From assembly GCF_009834535.1 (NCBI RefSeq), contig NC_045697.1, positions 105,960,001 to 106,024,000 on the forward strand: a DNA stretch of 64,000 nucleotides, given 5' to 3'. The stretch comes from Camelus ferus. Taxonomy: Eukaryota. Made by a program: the position numbers and the translations under genes. The notes under the pieces were generated by a model that saw only the letters and a program-made list of their open reading frames with translations, had not been told where the DNA came from and did no database searches. Below are positions 36,280-49,832 of the stretch, one piece after another. Position 1 is the stretch's first letter; each line of letters begins with the position of its first letter.

Positions 36280-36830
36280 TTTTAGCTCCAGTGTCCCTAC
36301 ACTCTCCTGGTTCTCCTCCCACTACCCGGAGGGTTTCTTCTGTCTACTACATGAAGTCCTCTTCTTCTCACTTCAGGTTCTGTGTTTAATCATTTTTTTT
36401 AAAAAAATCATTCTTTACTCAGAAGTATTTATCTGAGCTTCATCTACCACCTAAAATTCAGATTTCCCAATATTACATATTAAGCTGCTTTCTTAACATC
36501 CTCTGGGTGGCTCACCAAGAGTCCAAAATCAACATGGCTGGGGTAAAATTGTATTTTCACAGCCTCCAACTCTTTCTCCTCCTAAATTTCCTCTCCGAGG
36601 GATAGCCTGCCACTGGTTCATTAGCCCAAGCTGGAAACCTGGGAGTTGTCCTGATTTCCTGTCACTCCCAAACCCCAGTCACCTCATTGTCAGTCAAATT
36701 CTAAGAGTAATATCTTAAGTCTCCCAACCTTTCAGTCCTCAGATTTCATAATTCAACTTTTTATCATTCTGTCTCCAAATCACTACATTAACTTGCTGAT
36801 CATCTCCAACATGTTTCTAGTCGGTAGTCC
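36280..36830 (+). mobile_element. L2 fragment
   Basis: 'cactctcctggttctcctcccac', 'cccaagctggaaacctgggagttgtcctgatttcct'. Confidence 0.65.
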
Positions 36831-37729
36831 GAGAGATGGCTTCCTTATTGCTTAAAATCTATTTATTCAACCATTCAATCAACAACTGTTTATTGAACAT
36901 CCACTGTGTGCCAGGTTCTGCTCTAGGGATCAGGACACCATGATGACCATGCCCTTTAAATATATGTACACATCCATGCACACACACATATCCGTACATA
37001 CGTGTCTGTGTTTATCCTTAGACAAAGATATACTTCAGCTACATCTATCAATGATAGCGTATCTCCATCTATGATGAAATATCTGTAGCTATGATGCACA
37101 AGGACCCCTGACTTCCCCAGGTTCACTTTACACCACTTGATTCTTATGAGAGACTTATCTTACTTCGTGCCTGGTTTTGCAGCACAAAAGGAATCCCAAT
37201 CGGATTTTTGCTCTTACAAAAAAAGGTGAAAATCGAAAATAGCATTTTGTGTATTTTCAAAAGGAGTCATGATAGAGGCAACTTACACCTTAAGCAGTGA
37301 GAGTGACCCCACCAAGCTTCCTTCCCAGGAGCTACACTTGGCATTCCAGCTTCAAAGCTTCGAACTGTTTGTGACCATCTTCGCTGTATCTCAATTGATA
37401 ATGTTCATCTGTCAGCAAGACAGTCCTAAGGTAATTACCTCTTAGCTTTATAGTAGTTCACCTTAGGAAACGTGTCAGAGGAAGTATTTACTTTTGGATA
37501 ATGGGGGAAACCTGTATCTACAGATATATCTGTCTTATGATAAAGATACTTATCTATGTATACGCTACATATACAGGGACAAATATGTACATATACAGAT
37601 ATATTATAGACATGTAATTGAATCAAAGCTACTAAAGATTTCAATTCCAACTTGGGAAAGTATTAGAAGTATTCCTGTCTCATTTGCATATTCATTTGCT
37701 CATCCATTCAGCACCTTTTCTTTGGTGTC

Positions 37730-38200
37730 TTTTCAATGCCTTCATGATAAAGTTCACACTCATTAGTATTACATACAAGTGCCTTCCTGATCTTATCTCT
37801 GCCTCTCTCTATAGCTCTATTTCTGCTTCTCGTTCATACATCTTCTGTATTCCAATCACAAGTTTCACGTACATTATAATCCTGTCTCCTGCCTGAAACT
37901 TGGCATTTCTATCCCTTCTACCAGGAATATCCTTTTCTGCCTTACTCATGGAAACTGAAACCCACTTATTCAGAGTAACTTGTCTTGACCTACCTGACTT
38001 TTCAGACTGTTAGAGACCGCCCATCGTACATAAATCTATTCCGCCAGACGTCCAGTTGTATAATTGTTTATTTTCTGATCTCCACTGTGAACTCCTTGAC
38101 ACGTTGCCATCATGGTCACTTTCTTACACAATGGCTGGTACAGAGTAACAATTCATCAATGTCTTTTGAATGAATAAATGGCAGAATGAATGAGTAAATT
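37730..38200 (+). mobile_element. L2 3' region
   Basis: 'gataaagttcacactcattagtattacatacaagtgccttcctgatct' through 'caatgtcttttgaatgaataaatggcagaatgaatga'. Confidence 0.65.
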
Positions 38201-41200
38201 ACCCTACAAGCACTTGGGTCATATGCTGCAGAAATATTCAGGGCTTTGTTGAACAAAATTCTTTTATTTCTTCTTTCTTCTGGGGAGTTCTGGAGTGATG
38301 GCATAAAGATACTATGAAATTTTTCCTAAGTTGAGATTCAATTTAGCAGCAAAGCCAACTAAATTCCAACCAAATTCCTACCTTTAGAGGTATCTAAAGA
38401 TGTATTCAACAAAAAAACACAACAGGAGATAATCAAACATTTTTTTTCTTAGACCTGATGTGCACAACTTTTTCTTGTAAATGCTGAGGTCCACACCTTT
38501 TGAAGTCTCTTCAGTTTACTCAAAGGGTGGCATGCCTCGAGATATTCATTGCTGAAATTCACCTTCACTTCATCTGCCTGCATAAAAGCTGGCAGTTCTG
38601 AGAGACAATAAAATTTCCATATGCCTACTATCCTTCGTTTCTTTCTCAAAAATAAGAGCTTGCTGAAAGCACCAAATGTTGAAAACAAGTATAGCTGATG
38701 AGACTAATCTCTGTCCATACAATGTGAAAACAGTGAGTGATACAATCAGTTTACAAGTGATGGAACAGTAGCCCTGACTGCTTTGTGTGTTGGAATCACA
38801 GGTTACACCAGCGTCAGAGTCAAAACCTTCCCAAAGTTCTTTCTACAAAGAGAATGCACCTCACTTGCTTTCTTTGACCATTTCCCCCAAATTCTGACTT
38901 AAAATTGAGATTCTTCAAATAGAGTCATTTAGCCTCACTAGCTTCCAGAAGGCTGAGTCTATTGCAAATTACACATAATGTCTAGCAGAGTGAGCGTGCT
39001 TGAAAAATGCTTTGTCGTGAGTCAATAAATATACGAATCCTAGAATAAAAATGATTACCTCATGCAGGAAATGGATGATTTTATATACACATTCATATAT
39101 AATTTTATGTATAAGACATTATATGTGTATCTATTTAAAGCCAGACAACCAAATAGCATAAATAATGTATGGATTAAAATTCAATTTGACTTCAAACAAT
39201 TATGTAATGTTCTGAAATCTTCTAAAGCTATAGGGAAGTTAAATTTCCATTAGTAAGGCTATTCTACAGCACTGCATTGTTCATTAATTGTTGCTTGAAG
39301 ATTGAGTATGAAGTAATGGATTCTATGGCACTTACATAATATTTTATATTTGCAAAGTGCTTTGCAATTGTGTGCCAGTTAAATGTTAACTGGCCTTCTA
39401 ATCCATTATGAATAAGAATAAGAAATTCCTATATGCAAAAGGACAGATGACTGGAACTTTTTTAAAATGAGACCAGCAACATTTTCATTAACTACATATG
39501 TCCTGTAAATTATTGACCTGTCTACATCTTCCATTTTATGAAGAGTCTTTCGAAGTTAAAAGTTTAAAATACAACCAGTCATTCCTCAATATTCATTCAG
39601 ATCTTGAAACAGAAACTACACCAATTCCAACAATCACATTTTTCTCTCTAATCAATATTCATCCCAGGTTGTCAATCTGTCCTGTATTTTAGTGCATTTT
39701 AGCACGAATATCTCTTTTCTTCAATTCTCTGTACTGTTGAAAACCTTTGTCGGTCAGTAGAAACTTAACAATTCCTCCTGTTTTATTGATCTTTGTATTT
39801 TTTATGTCAAAGTCTTTCAGACTCTGCTTATTATTTAAATGTGTTCATCCTTCAATAGGACTAATCAATATTTTAAAACATATATATTATCTCTTCTCAG
39901 TTCCTATCATATCAGACTTAGAAACATGGAGTCTTTTTCCTAAATATTATTATTTATTCTTATTAGAGGTAATTTTCATTAAAATCTTACATCAGAAAGA
40001 TGAGAGGTTTTTTTGTTTGGTTTAGTTTTGTTTAAAATAAAATTGGGTGACCTGCATTAGGGCCTGCAAAACCTACCAAAAAGAAGACTCTCTCAGAACC
40101 CACACAAAGCACACCTTGCAAATTCCTAGCTCAGAGTAGGTATTTGTTGAGAAATAATTGTAAATAGTGTTTATGCTGATATCTGCTTTAAAGGTACTGA
40201 CTATAAAATGCCCATACAGTTTAATTATATAGTAATGTGCCTGATTTTTTAATCAAACAATCCAGAACGTTCACATCCCTGGCTGGAGTCAGGAGGATGG
40301 AGTAGAAGGCACAGGGCTAGTTCAAGGGACAGACACCCCATAAGGATACATGGTGGAGCGAGGAGGGTGGTGGAGATGTGAAGGGGAGGGCGGGTAGGGG
40401 AGAGGTTGCTGCAGAACCATCACCGTGAGACAATGCACAGAAGGGAAGTAGCAGGTGGAGGGGGAAAGCAGTGCCGGAAAATCAGGCAACAGAGCAAAGA
40501 CATGAGTTTAATTTGAGACATTTCAGGATTAGGGGAGAGATGTCTGACAGGTATATGGAAGAACAGAACTGGACCCTGGGAGAGGGAGGGAGGCAGGGAT
40601 GGGGTGGGGAGTGATAGATTTACCGGTCATCTGCACTATTATTTCTGTGGGTCAATTTTAAACAGAGATTTGGGTTTGCAAATTCAAGATGTAAATTCTG
40701 CATATTTCTTTTAGGATGCTTTGCTGAGCTTAAGTGAAGGTATCATATCAACTATATTATATAAGATCATATAAAAGTAGAGAAAGATGTAAAGAAATAA
40801 AATCATTCAAGCTACAACAGGACTGTTTTCATTCATCCTAAGCTGTCATCACCTACTCCTTATCTAACTTTGGCTTTTTCACACAACACTCCTCAAATAT
40901 AATGTTTTAGATGTTCCAAAAATTAGGGGAAAATTAAGGTTGAGTTTAGCCGCAGAGTCTAGAATGTCCTGGCTCTGGAACAGTGAGTTTTTAAAATTCT
41001 TTTTTTCTCATTAACCCCTGCCGGTAAGGTTCTCCTAACTACCCACTTACACTCACTGTGGAAGAAGCATTGTTTTGGTTTTTATCAGCATTTTCTCTGC
41101 TCTAAGGGTTGTGTCCTGGGCCCACTTCCGATCTTAGAGCTTCTTGCTTTCTTTAGACTTGGGGTGAAGAAGAACTATAAAAACAAAAGCTGAAAAAGTT

Positions 41201-42539
41201 AAAACTCAATACATGAGCTACATTTTTGTGACCCTGAAACCATAAAATTCTTCCTAATCAGACAAAATTGTCTCTTTCCTGCCTCAGCTCTTTACCCTCT
41301 GTGCCCCTATCTGACCGTTGCTCCTCCGCGTTAGACAGTGCCCCCTCAGTCAGCTCTGACACATAACTCATTTCAGATATAAAATAGCTTTCTGAAATAT
41401 TCATATTTATCGATTTTACTAAAGCATTTCACAATTTTTAAGTATATTTGAACAGAGCCTTAAATTTACATTTTCAAATATAAAAACCAAGATGAAAAAA
41501 GAAATTTAACACAGGCAATAGATAGCCTATGCTCAATGTACATTTGTAGCATAAATATTTTCTAAGTAAAATACTTAGAAATGGGACATTTCAAAGTGAA
41601 AAACTTGGTCCTTTTCTGTTAGCAGTCAAGTGAAAGCGGTTTGAATTTAAGTTGTAGGGAAAACCTCTAAAGAGAAATGACAGTCTTAGGTTAAAGATCT
41701 GGGCTGGGGGAAAGTAATTGCTAACGTATTTGGGATAGCCTGAGAAATAAGAAAAGCATCAATTCACATCAAATCAAAAGATTACTTAAAATTAGGTAGA
41801 ATTGAATTTGAATATTAAAGGGATCCATGAAGGCTGTATTCCAAGCCTCAATAAACAGGCAAATATATGAGCATTACTCACTATGAGGTAATTAGTCTCC
41901 CTTTGCATATTTAGAAAGTTTATTGGCAGATTTATTAGTGTATTTATGGTATATTTGTCTTACTGCTTGGAAGGCAGTGCTTCCAACCTACAAAGGAATG
42001 CTTCTCATTTTTCAGGGATGTGCGTTCTCAGGTGCCTTCCACGTTCCATATATGGAGTCAAGAAGAATCTGTGTCGTAACACTTGATGTCTGAGCAAGAA
42101 ATTTTGTACATCATGCAAGTTATTTATATAATTTACAGAGACTACAGCAGATATAATACGTTGCCAATTTAAATCTTTACATAAGAAAGAAAATATGTGC
42201 AGTGTGTAAGATAGTGCTTGAAAGCTGTTCAATTTGACTCATTTCCATGATTTGCATCAATCAATCATGGATTCTTTGGTGCAAGAGTTTTCATTTTTAC
42301 ACTCCCTCAAGTGAGTACACAGCAATACATAAGGCTTAATATCCTTTTTCTTCTTATAGTTCTCTCATTAAACCTAGTCTAAGGCAATGCATATTTGAAA
42401 ACATTTTTTTTCCACAGTGACTATGTGAGAGTGGCAACTGCAGCAATGTTTTCATCTTTCTCTTGAGATTCTACTTAATATCCCAAGCATAGCTGTGCAA
42501 AACTTAGTGAGCCAAATCTAGTGGGTGATTTAACAGGGG

Positions 42540-42938
42540 TGTTTATCAAAGATTCTGCTGAAGAACAATAATGAAGCACAAACACCTGGAGGCTGAACCT
42601 AGCCACCTTTCCCACCAAGGATGTGTGCCCCCCAAAGATGGAGTAGGGTGATACGCCTGGGTCAGTTCTCCCGGGGACAGGTTTCCCACTTTGTCTAGTA
42701 CTTAACCCAGAACATTAACTTGAGGGGAGAGCGGGAGGCCAGGGTAGGAATGTGAGGACTGAGCAGAAAGGCCCTGTGGCAAACAACAATTTCATCAGTG
42801 GAACAGAGCCTATAAATAGCCAGACGTATCAAGGCCAACCGGTTCCATTTGCCTATGTTTTCCTTGGCCCTGCTGTTAATTACAATCCTTTTCTGTCTGC
42901 TGTGCAGTTCCCATGGGATGGACTGGGTGAGATATAGG
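42540..42938 (+). mobile_element. Possible ancient LTR fragment with TATA box (tataaat at 42811-42817)
   Basis: LTR-like composition, 'gagcctataaatagcc', U5-like 'ctgtgcagttcccatgggatggactgggtgaga'; family not recognised. Confidence 0.4.
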
Positions 42939-43099
42939 TAGGGTTGCCAGATTTAGCAAGTAAAACACAGGGTGCTCACCCCTTAAATTTGAATTTCAGA
43001 CAATGTATATATTTTTCAACAAGCGATGAATAAAATTATTTGTCATGTATCCAAAATACAAATTTAATTGGCCATGCTGTACTTTATCAGGGAACCTTA
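42939..43099. mobile_element. MER53 palindromic hAT MITE (centre deleted)
   Basis: 'tagggttgccagatttagcaagtaaaacacagg...ttaaatttgaatttcaga' and '...aaatttaattgg...tgtactttatcagggaacctta'; partial 8-bp TSD gatatagg/gatatgag. Confidence 0.85.
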
Positions 43100-43775
43100 G
43101 ATATGAGGAGAAAACATGGAAGAAGATGAGCTTGTGAAAAAGAAGGGAAAAGAGGATGCAGGGTAGCTGCGGTCATATGGGAACAGCCTCTCAGCATCCC
43201 TGTCCTCCGTGGTCCTTCCTCTCCATCTCTATTATTGGCGCAGGCTGAGTGTTCCTCTTGATCTTCTGCTTTGTTAGAAATTTGAAAGTCTACTTGGACA
43301 TAAGAGCCACAAATATATTTTACTACATTTGTTTTCCAAACTATTTCTTTGTTGACCAAACTACCTCCTGGTGTTGACCACACACTGAATTCTTCCTTTG
43401 ACTCTTGTAGGCATACAATCTGTCTCCTCAAAAACTAGAAATAATTGGGACTAATGAGAAAGGAAGCTTCCTAAGCACCTTGAGCTCAATGCTCTTACAT
43501 TTGCCAAATGCTTATTTTTTTTTAAAAAAAAAAAAGCATTTTAAGAGAATTCTAACTCTCCTCCTAAACCAACACTTTCATTTAACTTCTCATCTAAAAA
43601 TTTCCTGTCACCATCACATACATCAAACATTTTTTGGACAACTCACTAAAGATGGATGCTACGGATAAAGCAGAATCTTGTGATTCTAAGACATTCTTCA
43701 ACTCATGAAGGGCAGCCAAACTTTATGAACCTGGAGAGCTTCAGCCATCATGGCTGATAAAGTAGGTGATGGTGC

Positions 43776-44222
43776 TATAAAGAAAAAAACATTGCCTACT
43801 GCTCCAGTTCCACAAGGATCAAGACATGAGCTACTGCACTGCACCCTGAGGGGAACTTAGGGTGGGGAAAAACAGGAGGCATTCTGTGCTTTGGGTATAC
43901 TGACTCGACAGATAGTTAAGATATATATCTAAAGAAAATTTTCAATGACCCTAGATTCTTGCATCTTTCCATTCATAGAAAGGCACTAAAATCATTAACT
44001 TGAGATATCTATTCTTTGTGATTAGTATTAATCTTTTAATGTTCAACTTACATGGGTTTTTTCCCCCTAGAAAAAATATATATCCTGACTCCTCCTGTAC
44101 TGCTTCAAAGCAGTTCCTCAGAGCTATCCGAAGGCTGTTTCCCATTATATAGTCCTTAGTAAGTTCCCCAAATAAAACTTAATGCACAACTTTTACATTG
44201 TGCATTTCTCTTTCATTCCACG
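43776..44222 (+). mobile_element. Cetartiodactyl ERV1 (MER41-like) solo LTR
   Basis: 'ggcactaaaatcattaacttgagatatct', 'gcagttcctcagagctatccgaaggctg', AATAAA at about 44171 followed by a short U5. Confidence 0.75.
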
Positions 44223-46039
44223 GGGTACTTGGGAATTTCAATCCATTCAATAATCTAAAGTTGATTTGCACTTTGTTTTCTATGCATCTGGTTTACTGTT
44301 TTTTGTTTCTGTGTGGAGTGCAGTGCTATGCCCATGGGTATCTGATGTGGGATCTAGCGCCATGTTGGATATGATCGAACTCTTGGAAGCTAAGGGTTAA
44401 GGAGAAGCACTTCACCATTCCTTCAATGAACTCATGCTTTGGCTCTCCCCCATGCATATAGAATGCGGCTCGCACAGAGAATGAGCGCATGATGTTGTGA
44501 TCTCATCCCTGTAGTGGGACATTACTTTGTTGGCTCCCACACTTGAAGCAATTTGAATTTCTCAGCAGCCATACATCACCCACTTTGACAGAATTTGCAG
44601 GTTTGCTCTTTATGCCAGGCCTAATGGATGAAATGAAACTTGGTGAGCTCCCAGAGTTGGACAGCCTTCAGAATGCTGAGACAGGCCAAGGAAGGAAGAA
44701 AAGTCCTTGCATGTGTTCTCCCAAACTCAGCCCTCCCCATGCGTGTGGCAGGGTCCTGTTGATTCAGTGAGAAGCCATTGAACTTTGTGTCAGCAAGTGG
44801 TCTCTAGAATGACAAAAGCTTCTGAGATTCCGGAATCTTTGGTTCAAACCTCCGGTCCCTCCAGCCAAAGAAGATGGCACTCAGAATGTGAACAATACCT
44901 GATCCTCACCATCTAGCAAAATGACTTGCACAAGCAAAGCATAAACATCTGCCCATGCCCAATTATCTCCAAGAGAAAAAAACACATTATAAAGCTAGTT
45001 CAAATTGCTAGAGTTAAGTTTCTTTGTTTGGGGTTTTGCCTTTTATTTGTTTGTTTATTTTAGAAGTCAGCTCAATTTTTTTTTATTAAGATTGATCTTA
45101 AGATTAATAGCCCTAAATCAATTCCTGTTGTACTTGTTTGTTTAGAATGACATCAAATTAACACAGTTTTCAATGAATGAATCTTCAGATGCATTTGCTG
45201 ATGTACTATTTCAGGTGCATTTTTTTTCTAAATCAGTCTGAAATATATAAATTTCTTCTGTACAAATCATTAGTATAGTTTATTTCTTAGCAAGCTATAC
45301 ATAGGATGAAAGTATCTCTTACATTTATCTTTTTCTTATATACTACAATTTTGGCATTGCTTCCAATAATGATTGATATGCAAAAATAGGTAAAAGTCAT
45401 CAGACTCACATAAACAACTTTTTTAAATGCTGAAAGTATAGTTGGATTTAAGATCAGATCCTATCTTTTGTTTTCTCAAATAAAAATCTTATTCAATAGG
45501 AAATCTGATAAACATCTGAACGGGGTGAAAACATTGTTTCTCATAACTGAACTTTGCTTAATTTACTTGTTAGTTAAGCTCAGCATGGATGGAGGGCAGG
45601 ACTGGTGTGGAGTTGATGTGTCTTGATGTATTATGAAATGTTACAGCCCCTGGGCTGAGGTCAAGTGAAGGTGGAAGAGATGACTTCATGCAGGTTCCTG
45701 CCAGAACCTTGATATCCGATGTCGACCGCTGACAACAAGCCAAGTGAATTCACTAACATTTGGACACTGTACAGTAAGTTTGGTGCCCCATGTGACTGCA
45801 TAATAGGACTCTAAACCCCAGATTAAACTACTTACAGAAGCTGAAGAGTTGTCAGGGCAACTCAAACTTTACGACAAAGGAAAAAAGGTACTTGGTTATA
45901 TTCACAGTACAACCCCATTGACCTGACTCTGAGGTGTACTTGTGAATACTAATGAATGTAACTGACTGTGCACCTTGTGTGAGGATGAATTTTAGAGCTA
46001 AATCTCTTGAGACAAAATTATCGGTTCTGTCCATATAAT

Positions 46040-46205
46040 TTGCTTGTTTATTTTCATGTTGCCCATCCCCTCCCACATTAGAATATTGGGTCTATGAGAA
46101 TGAGAATGGTTGCTTTGTTCACTGCTGCATGTATTCCCCACATGTAGAAGAGTCCCAGGCCCATAAGGGGCACTTGATAAATATTTATTAAATGAATGAT
46201 AAATG
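46040..46205 (+). mobile_element. L2 3' end
   Basis: 'tttgttcactgctgcatgtattcccca...ggcacttgataaatatttattaaatgaatgat'. Confidence 0.75.
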
Positions 46206-46332
46206 ATGAAAGGAAGAAACATTACACTTAGGTTATTGGGTACCATTGGGTAGAAGGATAGGAATAAACTGTGAAGGGTCACAGAGCAGTATCACCTGTA
46301 TCTGGAATATCACCTTCACAAAAGACCTGATA

Positions 46333-46609
46333 TATTTATGGTTACCGAGGAAAGGTGATGGAAGGGATAAATCTGGGAATTTGAAATTTACTTATTTTAA
46401 AAATAAAAATAGATTTTTAAAAAGCTTCTTCTGTATAGCACAGGGAACCATGTTCAATATCTTATAATAACCTCTAATGGAAAAATATGTAAATGAATAT
46501 ACAAACGTATATGCATTGCTGGGACATTGTACTGTACACCAGAGATTAACACATTGTAACTGACTGTACTTCAATAAATAAATAAATAAATGATTTAAAG
46601 GGAAAAAAA
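46333..46609 (+). mobile_element. L1 3' UTR end
   Basis: 'ttatggttaccgaggaaagg', 'ctgtatagcacagggaacc', 'gtaactgactgtacttcaataaa'; exact TSD aaaagacctgata at 46320-46332 and 46610-46622. Confidence 0.92.
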
Positions 46610-49229
46610 AAAAGACCTGATACAAATATGTCAAAGTGTTGCGTTCTTAAAAAAAAAAAAACCTTCAGCCACAGTTAAACAGTTGAGGGGTATGACATTA
46701 TAAACAGTTTCCACAATTGGTTAGAACACATATCATGTGATGAAAAATTATAAATGGTTTTGATTCACAAAGAGAAAAATATAAAGCCGTTTTTCTTCTG
46801 TTTTCACTTTTAAGGTTGGTTCTCGTAAGATTAACTCTTTGCTTTCTTATCAACTTTGTCTATGTCTCAGTGTAGTCAGAAATGGTCTTAAGACCCACTT
46901 TTGTTATTGTTGTTGAATTTATATCATGTCTTTCAGACAGAAAACTGTAATTGACAGTTTCAGATTATACAATACAGTTAGCCAGAGGTTTCATATTTAA
47001 CAGAATGTTTAACTAATTTAAATTATTCAAGCCCATCATGATTTTAGAAAGAGTCCAAACTATTTAGATGAAAACACTTTATTGATTAAACTGAACAAAT
47101 TATCTTAATTCTCTATTTTTTATTTAGCTTCTTTCATAGGCAATGTCCTTTGAAGACTCCATAGAAAGCTTCCTGACACATAGTGTATTCTAAAGCTTAT
47201 TCATTTACAAAAATATATTTTCTGTCTCTTGGACTATAAATCAGAGTTTCAAAAGTTGAACAAATTTCATTGATTTTCTGAATAAATAAATGGCAATGCC
47301 AAACAAATGACAAGCAGAGAAAATATTAGTCCTTAATCTCACACATTGACACTGTCACATTTTAAGCTAAATTATTTCATCAGCAACTGTTTGGCAGGTG
47401 GAGATGTTTCTTTGCTCTCTGTTTGGACTCTCCATAGTTCAAGTGAAACCATGGCTTCTACAGGAAGTAGTGTAACAGATTTGTGAGTCCCCAAAAGCAT
47501 CTTTGAAGAGATTTCACAGTATAAGAATCTGGAACATTTTATAACCCATTTCTTAAAATGTTCCCCTCAGCATCCCCACTAGACCATAAACAAGGGTCTG
47601 CTGGTCTCCCCTCCATTCACTCATTCATTCATTCATACATGGATCATTACGTGGGCATAGTCTTTGGGCAGAAACGTTCCTTCTCTCTATGTAAAGTCAT
47701 ATGGCAATTCCAATAATACCCTTTTGGAGCTTTGGGTGCTCTGTTTCCCTCCAGTGGGATGAAAAGTGAGGAGGAAGGGATCCCCCAAAAATCATGCAGG
47801 AAAAGAACATCAAGATTCTTAGAAGACTGTCCAACTCAGGTGTTATTTGAAACCTCTAGGGAATTTGTAGAAGATCCTATCTTAGGCTTTTCTTGAAAGT
47901 TTGTGGATAAAGCCATTCTTTCCCAAACAGACTTGGTGTGCTTTCTCAGTTCCGTGCTTTGTTCCTTAGTGCACCCTTTGTCTAGAAGGCCTTTGCATCG
48001 TCTGCCGTATGGAATGTGGTCTCTCATCCTCCAGGGCTCAGTGTGAATGGAGCCCAATCCCCCCTTCCAAACCTTCTCTAATCCTTCTGGCAAGAGTCAT
48101 TTCTTCTCCCTCTGAATTTCCTCAGCATCTTTATTTAGAGATCTAATGACCTTTAAACATTTTCAACATATTTAACAGCTATCTGTGTACCTTAGATAAA
48201 CTTTTGGAAAGTTGTGAGTGTTACTTACCTTTGCATCCTCCACCTCAACCAGATGAGTGATTCGCATGCAATAGGCTGTCAACACATGCAGGGTGAATAC
48301 TAACTGAATGGTATCTCTCTTTTCCGTAGGAGGAATAGCTCAAAAATTACACAGTTTGACAGCATAGCTTTTTCCATTTCTAGCCAATTTGTCTTCTTTA
48401 TAAAATAAAAGGCTGAAGATTAACCTACTTAAACTTAAAAAAGAAAAAAAGTGAAAAAAAAAAAAAACCCTCCTGATAATGGCGGGCTATAAACCAGCTG
48501 CTATACATTTTAAGCTCCAGGAATTCAGCATAATCTGACTTCCCAGAATCTCAGAGCTGTCGAATGTTTGATTCCACACTAAAATTCCAAACATCAACAT
48601 TAAGAGGCTGGTTAATTAACTGATCATTCAGGTTTCTACTTCTCTCAGTATTCTGCTTGGCTCTTAGATAAAAGAAGGCAATGGAAAAAAAATTAAACTA
48701 AAACTCTGGCCAAATAATATACAGGGAAGGGAGGTTGAGTATCCAAAATTGAGATTCTCACTTTGAATTCTTTGTGTATTTTGATTATAAATTTAAATAA
48801 AATGACAAATATCCCAATCAGACCTTTCCCTTAAATCACCTGAATTTATCTAAGCTTTGGTAATTTGTCAGTTTTTCTGGTCGCCCTTGGACTTCACTAG
48901 TGGGTACACACTGTATTAGATAATTTTTCTTAAAAGAAAGTTCCTTTTTTCTTAAAAGTTAATAGTCATGTCCAGGTCACATAGTGAGTTAATGTTAAAG
49001 GTCAGCTTTAGAATCCAGGTTTTCTGTTCCCTAATTCAAAGCTTTTACGTAAGTGTTAAAAATCCAGATGCCATTAAATATCAAGCTCCCTTTGAGCACA
49101 TAAAACATGATCCCATTAATAAATAATTCAACCTGAATGAAATTTTTCCAAGAAACCTCTATTACCCAAAGCAAGACACAGAAGTCCATAAGACAAATGT
49201 AATAAAATTTAAAATAAAGGTAAGGGAAA

Positions 49230-49832
49230 TAGTTTGGCTGTTCATTAAAAGATTAAAAATAGAGTTACCATGTGACAATTCTAGACATATACTTAAGAGA
49301 GAAGAAAACAAAGAAACATATCCACACAAAATTCTGAACAGATATTCATAGCGGTATTATTCACAACAGCCAAACAAGTCAGTGGAAATAACCCAAATGT
49401 TCATCAGTTGATGTATGGATACGTAAAATGTGGTATATTCATTCAATTGAATACTACTTAGCTATAAAAAGAAATAAAGTCCTGATACCTGCTACCTCAT
49501 GGGTGAACATTGAAAACATTATACTAGGAAAGAAGTCAGTCACAAAAGAACAATATTGTGTGACTCCAGTTATATAAGGTGTCAAAAAATAGGCAAATCT
49601 ATATATTCAGAAAACAATTACTGCTTGCCTGGTGGAGGTTGAAGAGACAAGTTATAGGGAAACGTGTGTGACTGCTAATGGGTATGCATTTATTTTGGGG
49701 GTGTTGAAAGTGTTCCAGATTTGATTGTAATAATGCTTGTCCAACGCTAAGATTATACTGAAAGCCATTAAATTGTGCACTTTAAGTAGGTGAGTTGTAT
49801 GGTATGCAAATTATATATCAGTAAAGCCATTA
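49230..49832 (+). mobile_element. L1MB-like 3' end
   Basis: 'atagagttaccatgtgac', 'aaaatgtggtatattcattcaattgaatactac', 'aataggcaaatctata', 'gactgctaatgggtatg'. Confidence 0.85.

Noticed and set aside
37287..37408. Possible minus-strand exon ending in GTAAGT (DEHYQLRYSEDGHKQFEALKLECQV*)
   Set aside because: Weak polypyrimidine tract, in-frame stop and no recognised homologue.
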